Positions 23,390 through 34,533 of a DNA stretch of 64,000 bases are shown here, piece by piece. The stretch is from an uncultured delta proteobacterium (GTDB taxonomy: Bacteria; Desulfobacterota; Desulfuromonadia; Geobacterales; Pseudopelobacteraceae). Within the stretch, counting starts at the first letter, position 1; each line of letters starts with the position of its first letter. The stretch lies in the NCBI GenBank assembly GCA_963772835.1, contig CAVYYZ010000008.1:96001-160000 (forward strand). The letters are read 5' to 3'. Below the pieces are notes generated by a model, which was given only the letters and a program-made list of their open reading frames with translations, made no database searches and was not told where the DNA came from. The translations under genes and the position numbers were made by a program.

Positions 23390-23445
23390 CCTGTTCAGTA
23401 CTTTCAGTAAACGTACACACAAATCCCACAAAAGGGTTGGATATC

Positions 23446-23934
23446 ATGGCAGAAAACAATCGAGCAGTACTGGAATTGAAGGGAAAGTTTGCCGCCTCAA
23501 TTATTGATGTAGTCGAGTTCAGGGGAGAAGTGACGGTAACCGTAGCAAAGGATGCCATTATTGAAATCCTTTCGTTCCTCAAACAGTCGCTTCAATACAA
23601 CCTGCTGACTGACCTCACGGCAGTTGATTATCTGGGGAAGAAGGAAGAGCGCTTCATGATGGTGTACCTGCTCTACTCAATCCCCAACAAAGACCGCCTG
23701 CGTATTAAAACGCCGGTTTCAGAAGCTGAATGCAGCATACCGACGGCAACCACCGTATGGAAAACTGCTAACTGGCTGGAGCGTGAAGTATTCGACCTTT
23801 TCGGTATTACGTTCAGCGGCCATCCCGATCTCCGGCGTATCCTTATGACCGATGACTGGGTGGGGCATCCGCTGCGCAAAGACTATCCGTTACAGGGACC
23901 TGACCGTGAACCCTACAAAGGGCGTTTGTCATAG
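23446..23934 (+). CDS. nuoC: NADH-quinone oxidoreductase subunit C
   Basis: EREVFDLFGI..GHPDLRRIL..GHPLRKDYP. Confidence 0.96.
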   Translation: MAENNRAVLELKGKFAASIIDVVEFRGEVTVTVAKDAIIEILSFLKQSLQYNLLTDLTAVDYLGKKEERFMMVYLLYSIPNKDRLRIKTPVSEAECSIPTATTVWKTANWLEREVFDLFGITFSGHPDLRRILMTDDWVGHPLRKDYPLQGPDREPYKGRLS

Positions 23935-23977
23935 TTTACTACATCGGTTTGTAATTCGATCATAGAAGAGGCGATAC

Positions 23978-25150
23978 ATGGCTGCTACTGAAACAATGAC
24001 ACTAAATATGGGCCCACAGCACCCCAGTACCCATGGGGTTCTGCGGCTCGTTCTTGAGCTTGACGGCGAGGTGATCGTCAAGGTTACCCCTCATATCGGC
24101 TTTCTGCATCGCGGTGTTGAAAAGCTGTCTGAGCATCGTACCTATCACCAGATCCTGCCGCTGACCGATCGCCTCGACTACCTGGCGCCCATGAGCAACA
24201 ATCTCGGGTATATCCTGACGGTTGAAAAACTGATGGCGGTTGAGGTGCCTGAACGCGCTGAAACGATCCGGATAATTATGGCCGAACTGACCCGGCTTGA
24301 GTCGCATCTTGTCTGGCTTGCCTGCCATGCTCTTGATATCGGTGCCATGACTGTATTTATCTATGCGTTCCGCGAGCGTGAAACGGTTATGGAGATTTAC
24401 GAAATGATCTCCGGTGCCCGCATGACTTCGAACTTTTTCCGTGTCGGCGGACTTTCGCAGGATGTACCGGAAGGATTTGTAAAAAAAGTCGGTGACTTTA
24501 TCGACTCCATGCCCGGCTACCTTGATCAATATGAAGGCCTGTTGACAACCAACCCTATCTGGCTTAAGCGTACGGTCGGAAATGGTGTGATTTCGGCTGA
24601 AGACGCCATCGATATCGGTCTCACCGGCCCGGCTCTCCGAGGTTCCGGCGTTGATCTTGACCTGCGCCGTGACAACTCATACTGCGGCTATGACAAGTAC
24701 CAGTTTGCGGTGCCGACCGGCAAAAACTGCGACACGTTTGACCGGTACAAAGTCCGTCTGATTGAGATGCGTGAAGCCTGCAAAATTGTACGTCAGGGTC
24801 TTGACAGACTCAAGCCGGGCCCGGTACTCGCCGATTGTCCGCAGGTCTGCTACCCGCCCAAGGAAAACGTTTACAACAGCATTGAGGGACTGATTCACCA
24901 TTTCAAAATTGCTTCTGAAGGTTTTGCTGCACCGGAAGGTGAAGTCTATCAGGGAGTGGAGGCGCCAAAAGGCGAACTCGGTTTTTATATCGTCAGCGAT
25001 GGCGGCAATAAACCGGAGCGTTTGAGGATCCGCCCTCCTTCGTTTGTGAATCTGCAGGCCATCGAGCAGATGAGCGTAGGTACCATGATTGCTGACCTGG
25101 TTGCCGTAATCGGTACTCTGGATATCGTTCTTGGTGAAATAGACAGATAA
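23978..25150 (+). CDS. nuoD: NADH-quinone oxidoreductase subunit D
   Basis: GPQHPSTHGVLR, LHRGVEK, EAPKGE, GEIDR. Confidence 0.97.
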   Translation: MAATETMTLNMGPQHPSTHGVLRLVLELDGEVIVKVTPHIGFLHRGVEKLSEHRTYHQILPLTDRLDYLAPMSNNLGYILTVEKLMAVEVPERAETIRIIMAELTRLESHLVWLACHALDIGAMTVFIYAFRERETVMEIYEMISGARMTSNFFRVGGLSQDVPEGFVKKVGDFIDSMPGYLDQYEGLLTTNPIWLKRTVGNGVISAEDAIDIGLTGPALRGSGVDLDLRRDNSYCGYDKYQFAVPTGKNCDTFDRYKVRLIEMREACKIVRQGLDRLKPGPVLADCPQVCYPPKENVYNSIEGLIHHFKIASEGFAAPEGEVYQGVEAPKGELGFYIVSDGGNKPERLRIRPPSFVNLQAIEQMSVGTMIADLVAVIGTLDIVLGEIDR

Positions 25151-25179
25151 CTCCGCACGATTCAAAGGAGATGGGGCGC

Positions 25180-25692
25180 ATGAGTGACGTAGCAGCGCAG
25201 CAGGACACAGAGCAGCAGCCGGAAATAGACCTATCCATAGCCGATGCTGTTATCGACAAATATATAGACATTCCCGGGAACCTGATGCCGGTGCTTCAAG
25301 GGGTTCAGGATGAGTATGGATACATTCCACGTGTTGTCGCCGATCATATCGCCGAACGCCTGAATGTCTACCCGAGCCAGATTTACGGTGTCCTCACATT
25401 CTATTCGCAGTTTCACCTCAAGCCACGCGGCAAGTTTATAATCAGGGTCTGTGTCGGAACCGCTTGTCATGTTCAGGGTGCAACCCGAATAGTTGATACC
25501 TTTTTTGAAAAGCTACATATCGGTCATGCAGAGACTTCTCCGGATCTTCGCTATACCTTTGAAAAGGTCGCATGTCTTGGGGCCTGCGGGATGGCACCAT
25601 TGGCAATGGTTAACGACTCAACTTACGGCGCAATGACGGTACAGAAAGTCGAAGAAATCGTAGCTGATTACAACCAGAGACCAATGAAGTAG
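25180..25692 (+). CDS. nuoE: NADH-quinone oxidoreductase subunit E
   Basis: CVGTAC and CLGAC 2Fe-2S ligands. Confidence 0.93.
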   Translation: MSDVAAQQDTEQQPEIDLSIADAVIDKYIDIPGNLMPVLQGVQDEYGYIPRVVADHIAERLNVYPSQIYGVLTFYSQFHLKPRGKFIIRVCVGTACHVQGATRIVDTFFEKLHIGHAETSPDLRYTFEKVACLGACGMAPLAMVNDSTYGAMTVQKVEEIVADYNQRPMK

Positions 25693-25731
25693 CACGCAGC
25701 TCGAAACTATCCAGCAGGGGACAATTGAGTC

Positions 25732-27513
25732 ATGAGCGAAAACTCAGGAATACAGATTCTTATCTGCCAGGGAACTGGCGGAATTTCGATGGGTGCCAAA
25801 GAAGTTGAGGCGGCTTTTATACAGTTGCTCGCTGAAAAGGGTGTAGACGCAATTGTCGGCAAACGCTGTGACGTCATAAAAACCGGCTGTCGCGGATTGT
25901 GTGCCAATGATGTTCTGGTCGATATTATTACTCCTGAACAGGGGCGTGTGACCTACGACTTCGTTAAGCCTGAAGAAGTAGAAAGAATTATTGACGAACA
26001 CATCGTCAATAAGGAAATTATCGAAAAGAGAAAAGCCAAGCCATATTATAACCAGTTTGTCGATGCCCAGATGCGCGTTGTCATGACCGGCTGCGGTCAG
26101 ATCGATCCTGACAGTATTGACGCCTATAAAAACGAAGATGGTTTTAAAGCGATTGAAAAATGCATCAAGAGCATGAAGCCGGAAGAGGTTATCGACGAAG
26201 TCAAGAAGTCCGGCCTGCGTGGCCGGGGCGGCGGCGGATTCCCTACCGGTATGAAGTGGTCTTTCTGCAAGGCGTCTCCCGGTGATCACAAATATCTGAT
26301 CTGTAATGCAGATGAAGGCGACCCGGGTGCGTTCATGGACCGGTCCCTGCTCGAAGGCGACCCGTACTGCATCATCGAGGGGATGATGATTGCCGCCTAT
26401 GCTATCGGGTGCGACTTTGGTTATGTGTATGTTCGTGCCGAGTATCCTCTGGCCGTTCAACGTCTCCAGCACGCCATTGATGTCTGCTACGAAAAAGGGT
26501 ACCTCGGCAAGAACATTCAGGGATGGGGACTCGACTTCGACATGCGCATCAAGATGGGTGCCGGCGCGTTTGTCTGCGGTGAAGAAACCGCCCTGATGGC
26601 CTCTATTGAAGGGTTTCGCGGCATGAGCCGCCCACGCCCTCCATTTCCGGCTGTGCGCGGTTTGTGGGGTAAGCCGACCAACATCAATAACGTGGAGACC
26701 TTCGGAAACGTTCGCCATATCATTAACAAAGGTGGTGAATGGTACGCCTCACTCGGTACCGAAACAACCAAGGGAACCAAGATCTTTGCCGTTACCGGCA
26801 AGGTCAAGCATACCGGACTGGTGGAAGTCCCGGCCGGTATGAAAATCCGTGAAGTCATCTATGACGTCTGCGGCGGCATCGCCAATAATCGTAAATTCAA
26901 GGCCGTACAGGCCGGTGGACCCTCAGGTGGCTGCATCCCGGCTGAAATTCTTGATACCCCTGTTGACTACGACTCACTGATAAAAGCAGGTGCCATGATG
27001 GGATCAGGCGGCCTGGTTGTCATGGATGAAACCACCTGTATGGTTGACGTGTCCCGTTTCTTCCTCAATTTCACCAGAATGGAATCCTGCGGCAAGTGCG
27101 TTCCCTGCCGTATCGGTCTGAAGGTCATGCTTGATATTCTTGAGCGTATCACCGAGGGTCGTGGCGAACCATCCGATATCGAGACGCTCCAGGACCTGGG
27201 TATTGCCATCAAAAAAGCATCACTCTGCGGTCTTGGCCAGACAGCGCCTAATCCGATTCTTTCTACTATAAACTATTTCCGCCATGAATACGAAGCTCAT
27301 ATAAATGAGAAACGCTGCCCTTCCAACTGCTGTAAATCACTTCTTCTCTGGCAGGTTGTTGAGGATAAATGTGTCAAGTGCGGTGCCTGCAAAAAGGTCT
27401 GCCCTGTCGATGCAATTGTCTGGGAAAAAGGGCAGCTGGCCTATCTGGACAAGGAAAAATGCACAAAATGTACATCCTGCTACGACGCCTGCCGCTTTAT
27501 GGCTCTTGAATAG
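25732..27513 (+). CDS. nuoF: NADH-quinone oxidoreductase subunit F (long, HydB-like)
   Basis: GRGGGGFP, NADEGDPGAFMDR, CGEETAL, SCGKCVPCR; extra N-terminal thioredoxin-like domain and C-terminal 2x[4Fe-4S] domain. Confidence 0.93.
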   Translation: MSENSGIQILICQGTGGISMGAKEVEAAFIQLLAEKGVDAIVGKRCDVIKTGCRGLCANDVLVDIITPEQGRVTYDFVKPEEVERIIDEHIVNKEIIEKRKAKPYYNQFVDAQMRVVMTGCGQIDPDSIDAYKNEDGFKAIEKCIKSMKPEEVIDEVKKSGLRGRGGGGFPTGMKWSFCKASPGDHKYLICNADEGDPGAFMDRSLLEGDPYCIIEGMMIAAYAIGCDFGYVYVRAEYPLAVQRLQHAIDVCYEKGYLGKNIQGWGLDFDMRIKMGAGAFVCGEETALMASIEGFRGMSRPRPPFPAVRGLWGKPTNINNVETFGNVRHIINKGGEWYASLGTETTKGTKIFAVTGKVKHTGLVEVPAGMKIREVIYDVCGGIANNRKFKAVQAGGPSGGCIPAEILDTPVDYDSLIKAGAMMGSGGLVVMDETTCMVDVSRFFLNFTRMESCGKCVPCRIGLKVMLDILERITEGRGEPSDIETLQDLGIAIKKASLCGLGQTAPNPILSTINYFRHEYEAHINEKRCPSNCCKSLLLWQVVEDKCVKCGACKKVCPVDAIVWEKGQLAYLDKEKCTKCTSCYDACRFMALE

Positions 27514-27559
27514 AATACAATCACGCACACACGGTCAAACTCACTGAACAGAGGTTGAG

Positions 27560-30034
27560 ATGGTAAATCTTACAATAGATGACAAGCAGGTTACTGCACC
27601 AAAAAGTGCGACGATTTATGAAGCGGCCAAGATGAGTGGTATTAAAATACCGATTTTGTGCCACGATAAAAAGCTGAAGCCTTTCGGCGCGTGCCGCATG
27701 TGTCTGGTTGAAGTAGAACAGATGAAAGGGCGTCAGATTCCAGCCTGTACCACTCCGGTCACAGAGGGGATGATTATCCGTACCTCGACTCCGGATATCG
27801 TCAAGGCCCGTAAAATGGTGTTGGAACTGTTACTGCTCAATCACCCGCTTGATTGTCCCGTATGTGATAAATCCGGTGACTGCGATCTGCAGAACCTGAC
27901 ATATGAGTATAAAGTAAACAGCAACCGCTTCAGTGATGAAAAGTTCAACCATGAAATTGACTACAATAATCCGCTGATCGAACGCGATATGAACCGCTGC
28001 GTACTGTGCGGTAAATGTGCCCGAATATGTGATGAAATAGTCGGTTACGGCGCGTTGACATTTATCGATCGCGGTATTGAAACAAAAATCGGTTGTGAAT
28101 TTGAAGACGGGCTAAATTGCGAGTTCTGCGGTTCTTGTATTGCAGTCTGTCCGGTTGGGTCATTGCTGGCACGTCCATTTAAACACAAAGCCCGCTTCTG
28201 GGCGATGACCAAGCACACTTCTGTGTGCGGGTATTGCGGAACCGGCTGCAATCTGACACTTGGTGTGAAGGACAACAAGGTTCTGACAACAATTTATGAC
28301 GAAGAACAGGGATTTCATAAAGGACAGTTGTGTGTCCGCGGCCGTTTCGGCTATCAGTTTATCAACAGCACTCAGCGCCTTACAAAACCGCTGGTGAGAA
28401 AAAACGGCGTACTGGATGAGTCAACATGGGATGAAGCCCTTGGACTGATCGCCGCACGTCTTACGGGTGGTTCTGCCGTCGCTGCGCTGGCAACACCGCG
28501 TCTGACCAATGAAGAACTTGCTCTTTTTAAAAAATTACTGACGGAGAATGTCGGCACAAAGAATTTTGATCATGCTGCCGGATACGCTCATTCAGCACTG
28601 ACCGAAGGTTTTACCCGCAGTTTCGGGTCGAGCGCCTCATCTGCAAGTATTCTTGATATTCAAAAAAGCGACCTGCTGATTGTTATAAAGACAGATGCGT
28701 ATGAAACGCATCCGGTTGTTGGTTTTGAAATCAACATGGCTGTAAAGAATAAGGGCGCAAAACTGACAATACTTTCTGACAAACGCGGGAAACTCTCGAA
28801 ACTGCCGGATGCCAGGACTCTGGTTCACCTCCCCGGAAGTGAAGTCTCCGTTCTGAATGCGATAGCAAAAACTATTTTAGACGAGAAGCTGACTGACGGT
28901 ACCGCCGCATCTGTGCCTGGCTACGCTGACCTGGAAAAAGCTTTGTCCGCCTTTAATGCAGACGAGATTGCAACTCAGTGCGGTGTAGCAGTTGCCGACA
29001 TCAAAAAACTGGCTGGTGAGTATGCCGCTGCCGGGAAGGCTCTGATCATTTTCCCGGTCGGTCAGGGGTACACCGGACATACCGCTGATCTGGCAACTGC
29101 GATTGCAAATCTGGCGATTCTGACCGGAAAATTTGATAAAGAAGGGTGCGGTGTACTCTGCCTTTCCGAAAAAAATAACAGCCAGGGTGCTGTCGATATG
29201 GGTTTTTATGCCAAGGATGGCGGCTTGAAAGGCGCACAGATTCTGGATGCCTGTACGAGCGGTGCAGTCAAGACGCTCTTTGTTGCAGGTGAAAACCCGA
29301 TGACATCCTACCCTAACCGCAGCAAAGTCAAGGCTGCTCTTGATGCGGTCGAATTCCTGGTTGTATCGGAGATGTTCCTGACTGAAACGGCTGCGATGGC
29401 GGATGTTGTCCTGCCAGTCTGCTCGTTCGCCGAGAAAGAAGGTACATTCACCAGCACGGACCGCCGTGTTCAGTACTTCAAGCCGGCTATCCGCAAGAAT
29501 ATGCAGCTCAAAACTGACTTTGAAATATTCTCGGATTTGATTACCCGATTGGGTGCGCAGGCGCCGTCATCATCTGCAGCACAGTTTAGTGAAATCGCTG
29601 CAAACACCCCTGGATATCAGGGTATGAGTTATGTGTCTCTTCGAGGAGAGGGTGCTTTTGCTCCGGTTGCTACCAGAGTCGCACTTGTTGTCCCGCACGA
29701 GGAGACCTCACCCGCCACTGAAACCGGCACGCTGGCCCTGGTTACCGGCAGCGCACTGTACCATAACGGCACGCTGTCGCAGTACGGAGAAGGGCCGATG
29801 CATGTCTGCCCGGAGGGGTATGTAGAACTCTCCCGCAGTGATGCTGCCGCATTCAAGATATCAGAAAACGATCTGATTACCGTGACTTCAGAAACGGGAA
29901 GCATACAGCTTAAAGCCAGAGTAACCCCACGTATGCCTGCCGGTGTTGTATTCGCACCGTATCATTTCTCTGCTGCTCCGATTAATACCATCTGGAGCGG
30001 GTCGCCGGTAACGCGGGTTACGCTGGCTAAATAG
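27560..30034 (+). CDS. nuoG: NADH-quinone oxidoreductase subunit G
   Basis: GACRMC, HPLDCPVCD, CVLCGKC, CEFCGSC, CGYCGTGC clusters; molybdopterin-oxidoreductase-like C-terminal fold. Confidence 0.92.
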   Translation: MVNLTIDDKQVTAPKSATIYEAAKMSGIKIPILCHDKKLKPFGACRMCLVEVEQMKGRQIPACTTPVTEGMIIRTSTPDIVKARKMVLELLLLNHPLDCPVCDKSGDCDLQNLTYEYKVNSNRFSDEKFNHEIDYNNPLIERDMNRCVLCGKCARICDEIVGYGALTFIDRGIETKIGCEFEDGLNCEFCGSCIAVCPVGSLLARPFKHKARFWAMTKHTSVCGYCGTGCNLTLGVKDNKVLTTIYDEEQGFHKGQLCVRGRFGYQFINSTQRLTKPLVRKNGVLDESTWDEALGLIAARLTGGSAVAALATPRLTNEELALFKKLLTENVGTKNFDHAAGYAHSALTEGFTRSFGSSASSASILDIQKSDLLIVIKTDAYETHPVVGFEINMAVKNKGAKLTILSDKRGKLSKLPDARTLVHLPGSEVSVLNAIAKTILDEKLTDGTAASVPGYADLEKALSAFNADEIATQCGVAVADIKKLAGEYAAAGKALIIFPVGQGYTGHTADLATAIANLAILTGKFDKEGCGVLCLSEKNNSQGAVDMGFYAKDGGLKGAQILDACTSGAVKTLFVAGENPMTSYPNRSKVKAALDAVEFLVVSEMFLTETAAMADVVLPVCSFAEKEGTFTSTDRRVQYFKPAIRKNMQLKTDFEIFSDLITRLGAQAPSSSAAQFSEIAANTPGYQGMSYVSLRGEGAFAPVATRVALVVPHEETSPATETGTLALVTGSALYHNGTLSQYGEGPMHVCPEGYVELSRSDAAAFKISENDLITVTSETGSIQLKARVTPRMPAGVVFAPYHFSAAPINTIWSGSPVTRVTLAK

Positions 30035-30098
30035 AGGAAGTTACAGATATTAACCGGACAAAATTACTTATTTCACACAAGCAAAGAGAGAGGGACAG

Positions 30099-31163
30099 AT
30101 GGGAATCGAGATATTAGGACTGCCGATGATGTATTACATCGCCATGGTTGCCAAGGTCCTGGTGGCGTTTGTCTTCGTGCTGCTGACCGTGGCATATGCC
30201 ACGTACGCTGAGCGCAAGATCATCGGCCATATGCAGGTTCGCCTTGGACCTATGCGTACCGGCTGGCATGGTCTGCTGCAGCCGATCGCCGACGGCGTCA
30301 AGCTTTTCTTCAAAGAAGAGATTATTCCTTCACAGGCGAGTACATTTGCATTTCTGATCGCGCCGTTGATAGCTCTTATACCTGCGTTCATAACCTTTGC
30401 TGTCATTCCGTTCGGTGGCACAATCGAAGTTATGGGCTACAAGATCCCGCTGCAAATTGCCGCATACTATGACACGGCTGCCGGTCAGGTATTCGATGTC
30501 AATGTCGGTGTCCTCTATATTCTTGCCATGTCATCACTTGGTGTTTACGGCATCGTACTGGCCGGCTGGGCATCAAACAGCAAGTATTCTCTGATGGGCG
30601 GACTGCGGGCATCGGCTCAAATGATATCATATGAGCTCGCTGCGGGATTATCAATTATCTCCGTGTTCATGCTCTCCGGCACTCTTTCGCTGACTCAAAT
30701 AGTAAACCTTCAGTCCGGTTTTGGCGGTTTTGAATGGTATCTGTTTAAACAGCCTCTTGCGGCTTTGATGTTTTTTATCTGTTCGCTTGCCGAAATCAAC
30801 CGTACACCGTTCGACCTTCCGGAGGCTGAGACAGAACTCGTTTCAGGATTCTGCACTGAATATTCTTCAATGAAATATGCCATGTTCTTCATGGCGGAAT
30901 ATGCAAATATGGTAACAGTCTGTGCGTTGACCGTAACACTGTTTCTTGGTGGCTGGAACGGGCCGTTTACGGCCGCCATGCCGCTTCTTGGACCGGTATA
31001 CTTCGTTGCAAAAGTGTACTTCCTGATGTTTGTATGTATGTGGATCCGTGCAACACTGCCACGCTACCGATATGATCAGTTAATGCACCTTGGCTGGAAA
31101 GTATTTATTCCTGTGGCACTTGTAAACATAGTGGTTACAGGAATCATCGGCTACTTTATTTAA
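30099..31163 (+). CDS. nuoH: NADH-quinone oxidoreductase subunit H
   Basis: ERKI..RLGP, QPIADG.KL, NRTPFDLPEAE, RYRYDQ. Confidence 0.97.
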   Translation: MGIEILGLPMMYYIAMVAKVLVAFVFVLLTVAYATYAERKIIGHMQVRLGPMRTGWHGLLQPIADGVKLFFKEEIIPSQASTFAFLIAPLIALIPAFITFAVIPFGGTIEVMGYKIPLQIAAYYDTAAGQVFDVNVGVLYILAMSSLGVYGIVLAGWASNSKYSLMGGLRASAQMISYELAAGLSIISVFMLSGTLSLTQIVNLQSGFGGFEWYLFKQPLAALMFFICSLAEINRTPFDLPEAETELVSGFCTEYSSMKYAMFFMAEYANMVTVCALTVTLFLGGWNGPFTAAMPLLGPVYFVAKVYFLMFVCMWIRATLPRYRYDQLMHLGWKVFIPVALVNIVVTGIIGYFI

Positions 31164-31208
31164 GACCCGCTGAATGAGCAACGTTATTTCAGAGACGAGG
31201 ATGAACAT

Positions 31209-31610
31209 ATGAATCCGATTACACCGATTTTAAACGGCATGAAAATTACATTGAAACATATGTTCATGAAGCCGGTGACTTTGCAGTACCCGACTGAACG
31301 TCCCAAAGTCGAGGCCCGCTTTCGCGGTCTGCACGCACTTAATGTATCGCATGACAAGGCCAAGTGCGTGGCGTGCTACCTCTGTCCGACCGTCTGCCCG
31401 GCAAAATGTATCACTGTCGAGGCTGCAGAGGATGCAAATCATGACAAATACGCTTCAGTATATGAGATCGACATGCTGCGCTGCATCTTCTGCGGTTACT
31501 GTGTTGAAGCCTGCCCGGTCGATGCCATCCGGATGACCGGAGAGTTCGAACTGGCCAATTATAATCGCCAGGACTTCATCTACTCAAAAGATCGTCTCTT
31601 AGAAAAGTAA
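31209..31610 (+). CDS. nuoI: NADH-quinone oxidoreductase subunit I
   Basis: Two CxxCxxCxxxCP motifs; RFRG. Confidence 0.96.
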   Translation: MNPITPILNGMKITLKHMFMKPVTLQYPTERPKVEARFRGLHALNVSHDKAKCVACYLCPTVCPAKCITVEAAEDANHDKYASVYEIDMLRCIFCGYCVEACPVDAIRMTGEFELANYNRQDFIYSKDRLLEK

Positions 31611-31624
31611 TAAAGGAGCAGTGC

Positions 31625-32128
31625 ATGGAAACCCTTTTCTTCCTGATCATAACATTGGTGGCGATTGTATCGGCGATCCTGGTGGTCACCTGCAAAAACC
31701 CTATCAATAGCGCACTGTCGCTTATTATGACCTTTTTCTGCCTGGCTACCTATTATGTCATGCTGGATGCGCCATTTATGGCCGCCGTTCAGGTCATGGT
31801 ATATGCCGGTGCAATCATGGTTCTCATGGTGTTCACAATCATGCTGCTAAATATACGGGTTGATGCCACGAAGAAGCATTCGCATAAACTCATATTCGGC
31901 TCAATCATTGGGTTCTTTACCGTTCTGAATCTTATTGTAGTTCTTGTCAAGAGTCGGGCAGCACTCCCGACAGGACCATACACCGGTGAAATGATCAAAA
32001 AAATCGGACACACCGAACTGGTCGGCCGTGAAATTTTTACGAACTTTCTGCTGCCTTTTGAAATCACCTCGATACTGCTGTTAGTTGCAATCATCGGCGC
32101 AGTCATCCTGGCCAAGAAAAAAATATAA
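31625..32128 (+). CDS. nuoJ: NADH-quinone oxidoreductase subunit J
   Basis: [18 protein letters not shown]. Confidence 0.95.
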   Translation: METLFFLIITLVAIVSAILVVTCKNPINSALSLIMTFFCLATYYVMLDAPFMAAVQVMVYAGAIMVLMVFTIMLLNIRVDATKKHSHKLIFGSIIGFFTVLNLIVVLVKSRAALPTGPYTGEMIKKIGHTELVGREIFTNFLLPFEITSILLLVAIIGAVILAKKKI

Positions 32129-32142
32129 GAGGGATATATTTC

Positions 32143-32445
32143 ATGGAAAACCTGAACAGCTATCTCATCGTAAGCGCCATACTTTTTACCATCGGTACGA
32201 TAGGCGTCCTGACACGCAAGAACGTAATTGTCATGTTCATGTGCATCGAGCTGATGCTGAATGCAGTAAACCTGACTTTTGTTGCATTCTCCCGTCATCT
32301 CGGCAACCTGGACGGCCAGATATTCGTCTTCTTCATCATGACAGTTGCGGCCGCTGAAGCGGCTGTCGGCCTGGCGCTTATCATCGCGTTCTTCAACAAT
32401 AAAGAATCAATTGATGTTGACGATATCAATTTGATGAAGTGGTAG
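32143..32445 (+). CDS. nuoK: NADH-quinone oxidoreductase subunit K
   Basis: [17 protein letters not shown]. Confidence 0.96.
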   Translation: MENLNSYLIVSAILFTIGTIGVLTRKNVIVMFMCIELMLNAVNLTFVAFSRHLGNLDGQIFVFFIMTVAAAEAAVGLALIIAFFNNKESIDVDDINLMKW

Positions 32446-32499
32446 ATCCGCGCCTCACTCTTACGACTATGATTAATGATTGTATAAAAGGAGTCTTAC

Positions 32500-34494
32500 A
32501 TGTTTGACAAGGTATGGCTAATCCCGCTCTTCCCGCTCATCGGGTTCCTGATCAATGGACTCTTCGGGAAAAAGATCAAGAATGAGGCTGTAATCGGCGG
32601 AATCGGTACGCTGATGATCTTCCTGTCATTCCTGGTGTCGTGCGGAATACTCATGCAGATGATCGGTCTTCCTCCGGAGCAGAGAGTATTTGAAAAAGTT
32701 CTTTTCCCGTGGATCCATTCCGGCAATTTTAAGGCAGATATGGCCTTTCTCGTTGATCCTCTTTCGGTTGTCATGATCATGGTCGTTACCGGAGTCGGTT
32801 CACTGATACATCTCTATTCCATCGGTTATATGCATGGAGAAGAGGGCTTTTATCGATTTTTCGCGTATCTGAATCTGTTCTGTATGTCGATGCTTCTTCT
32901 TGTGCTCGGCAGCAATATGCTGGTTATGTTTATCGGTTGGGAAGGAGTCGGGCTCTGCTCATACCTGCTGATCGGATATTATTTCCACAAGAAGTCCGCC
33001 GGAGATGCTGCAAAAAAAGCGTTTGTCATGAACCGGGTCGGTGACTTCGGCTTTCTGATCGGTCTTTTTACTCTCTACTGGTGGTTCGGCAGTAATCACA
33101 ATATCTGGACGGTCAATTTCACAGAAATAAAGGCAGCTTCACATCTGCTCCCGTATGGCGGTGTTGTGACGATCGCCACATTATGTTTTTTTGTCGGTGC
33201 CACGGGAAAATCTGCCCAGATTCCGCTCTTTACCTGGCTGCCTGACGCCATGGAAGGTCCCACACCCGTTTCTGCACTGATCCACGCCGCGACCATGGTA
33301 ACTGCTGGTGTCTACATGATCGGCAGAATGAGCTTCGTGTTTATAAAATCACCTGAAACCATGATGATTATTGCCGTTGTCGGCGCCGCGACGGCAATCT
33401 TTGCTGCAACAATCGGCACGGCACAAAACGACATCAAACGGGTACTGGCCTACTCCACGGTATCGCAGCTCGGCTACATGTTCCTGGCTATGGGGGTCGG
33501 CGCATTCAGTGCGGGTATCTTCCACCTGATGACGCACGCGTTCTTCAAGGCATGTCTGTTCCTTGGCTCTGGCTCGGTTATTCATGCAATGCACCACGCG
33601 CTGCATAAAGTCCACTCCAATGATGATGCTCAGGATATGCGCAACATGGGCGGACTTCGCAAGGCTATGCCGATTACGTTTCTCACGTTTCTGGTCTCAA
33701 CTATCGCCATTTCCGGTATACCCGGCTTCTCCGGTTTCTTCTCCAAAGACGAGATCCTCTGGCAGTCGTTTTCAAACCCGTATCAAGGTAATTTGAATAT
33801 TGTCCTGTGGGGTATTGGAGCGATAGCCGCATGTCTTACCGCTTTTTACATGTTCCGTCTGGTTTTCATGACCTTTTTCGGTGAAAGCCGCATTAATGCT
33901 AAAGCCAAGGAGTATCTCCACGAGTCTCCGCTGGTTATCACAATACCGCTGATGGTTCTCGGTGCTCTTGCCGCTGTCGGCGGGTATCTTGGCATGCCAA
34001 AAATATTCGGAATGCTGCCGAATTACTTTGAACACTGGTTGGATCCGGTATTTGAACTTTCAGCAGAATACGGCAGTACATATGCCCAACATGCGGCCCA
34101 TCCGAGCTTAGCGCTGGAATGGGGACTGATGGGTCTGTCCGTTGTCATCGCATTAGTCGGCATAGGCATCGCCTTTACCATGTACGTCAAGAATACCGAA
34201 CTGCCCGGAAAGTTTGTCGCCACCTTCCCGGCGCTTCACCGTGCCGTGTATAACAAATGGTACGTGGATGAACTTTATGACTACGTGTTTGTAAACCCCT
34301 GCAAGGCGTTCGGCCAGTTCCTCTGGAAAGGATTCGATGTTCTTGTTATTGACGGGGTAGTCAACGGCGTAGCCAATGTTGTGCTGGGATTCAGCGGGAT
34401 ATTCCGCTATATGCAGTCCGGTTACATTTACAACTATGCATTTTCAATGGCGCTCGGTGTAGTTGTCATGCTTGGCTACTTCATTTTTAAATAA
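32500..34494 (+). CDS. nuoL: NADH-quinone oxidoreductase subunit L
   Basis: GWEGVG, KSAQIPL..WLPDAMEGPTPVSA, HAFFKA. Confidence 0.97.
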   Translation: MFDKVWLIPLFPLIGFLINGLFGKKIKNEAVIGGIGTLMIFLSFLVSCGILMQMIGLPPEQRVFEKVLFPWIHSGNFKADMAFLVDPLSVVMIMVVTGVGSLIHLYSIGYMHGEEGFYRFFAYLNLFCMSMLLLVLGSNMLVMFIGWEGVGLCSYLLIGYYFHKKSAGDAAKKAFVMNRVGDFGFLIGLFTLYWWFGSNHNIWTVNFTEIKAASHLLPYGGVVTIATLCFFVGATGKSAQIPLFTWLPDAMEGPTPVSALIHAATMVTAGVYMIGRMSFVFIKSPETMMIIAVVGAATAIFAATIGTAQNDIKRVLAYSTVSQLGYMFLAMGVGAFSAGIFHLMTHAFFKACLFLGSGSVIHAMHHALHKVHSNDDAQDMRNMGGLRKAMPITFLTFLVSTIAISGIPGFSGFFSKDEILWQSFSNPYQGNLNIVLWGIGAIAACLTAFYMFRLVFMTFFGESRINAKAKEYLHESPLVITIPLMVLGALAAVGGYLGMPKIFGMLPNYFEHWLDPVFELSAEYGSTYAQHAAHPSLALEWGLMGLSVVIALVGIGIAFTMYVKNTELPGKFVATFPALHRAVYNKWYVDELYDYVFVNPCKAFGQFLWKGFDVLVIDGVVNGVANVVLGFSGIFRYMQSGYIYNYAFSMALGVVVMLGYFIFK

Positions 34495-34533
34495 CCAATT
34501 CAATTAGCACTTTGTATAAAGGAGCACGAATTC

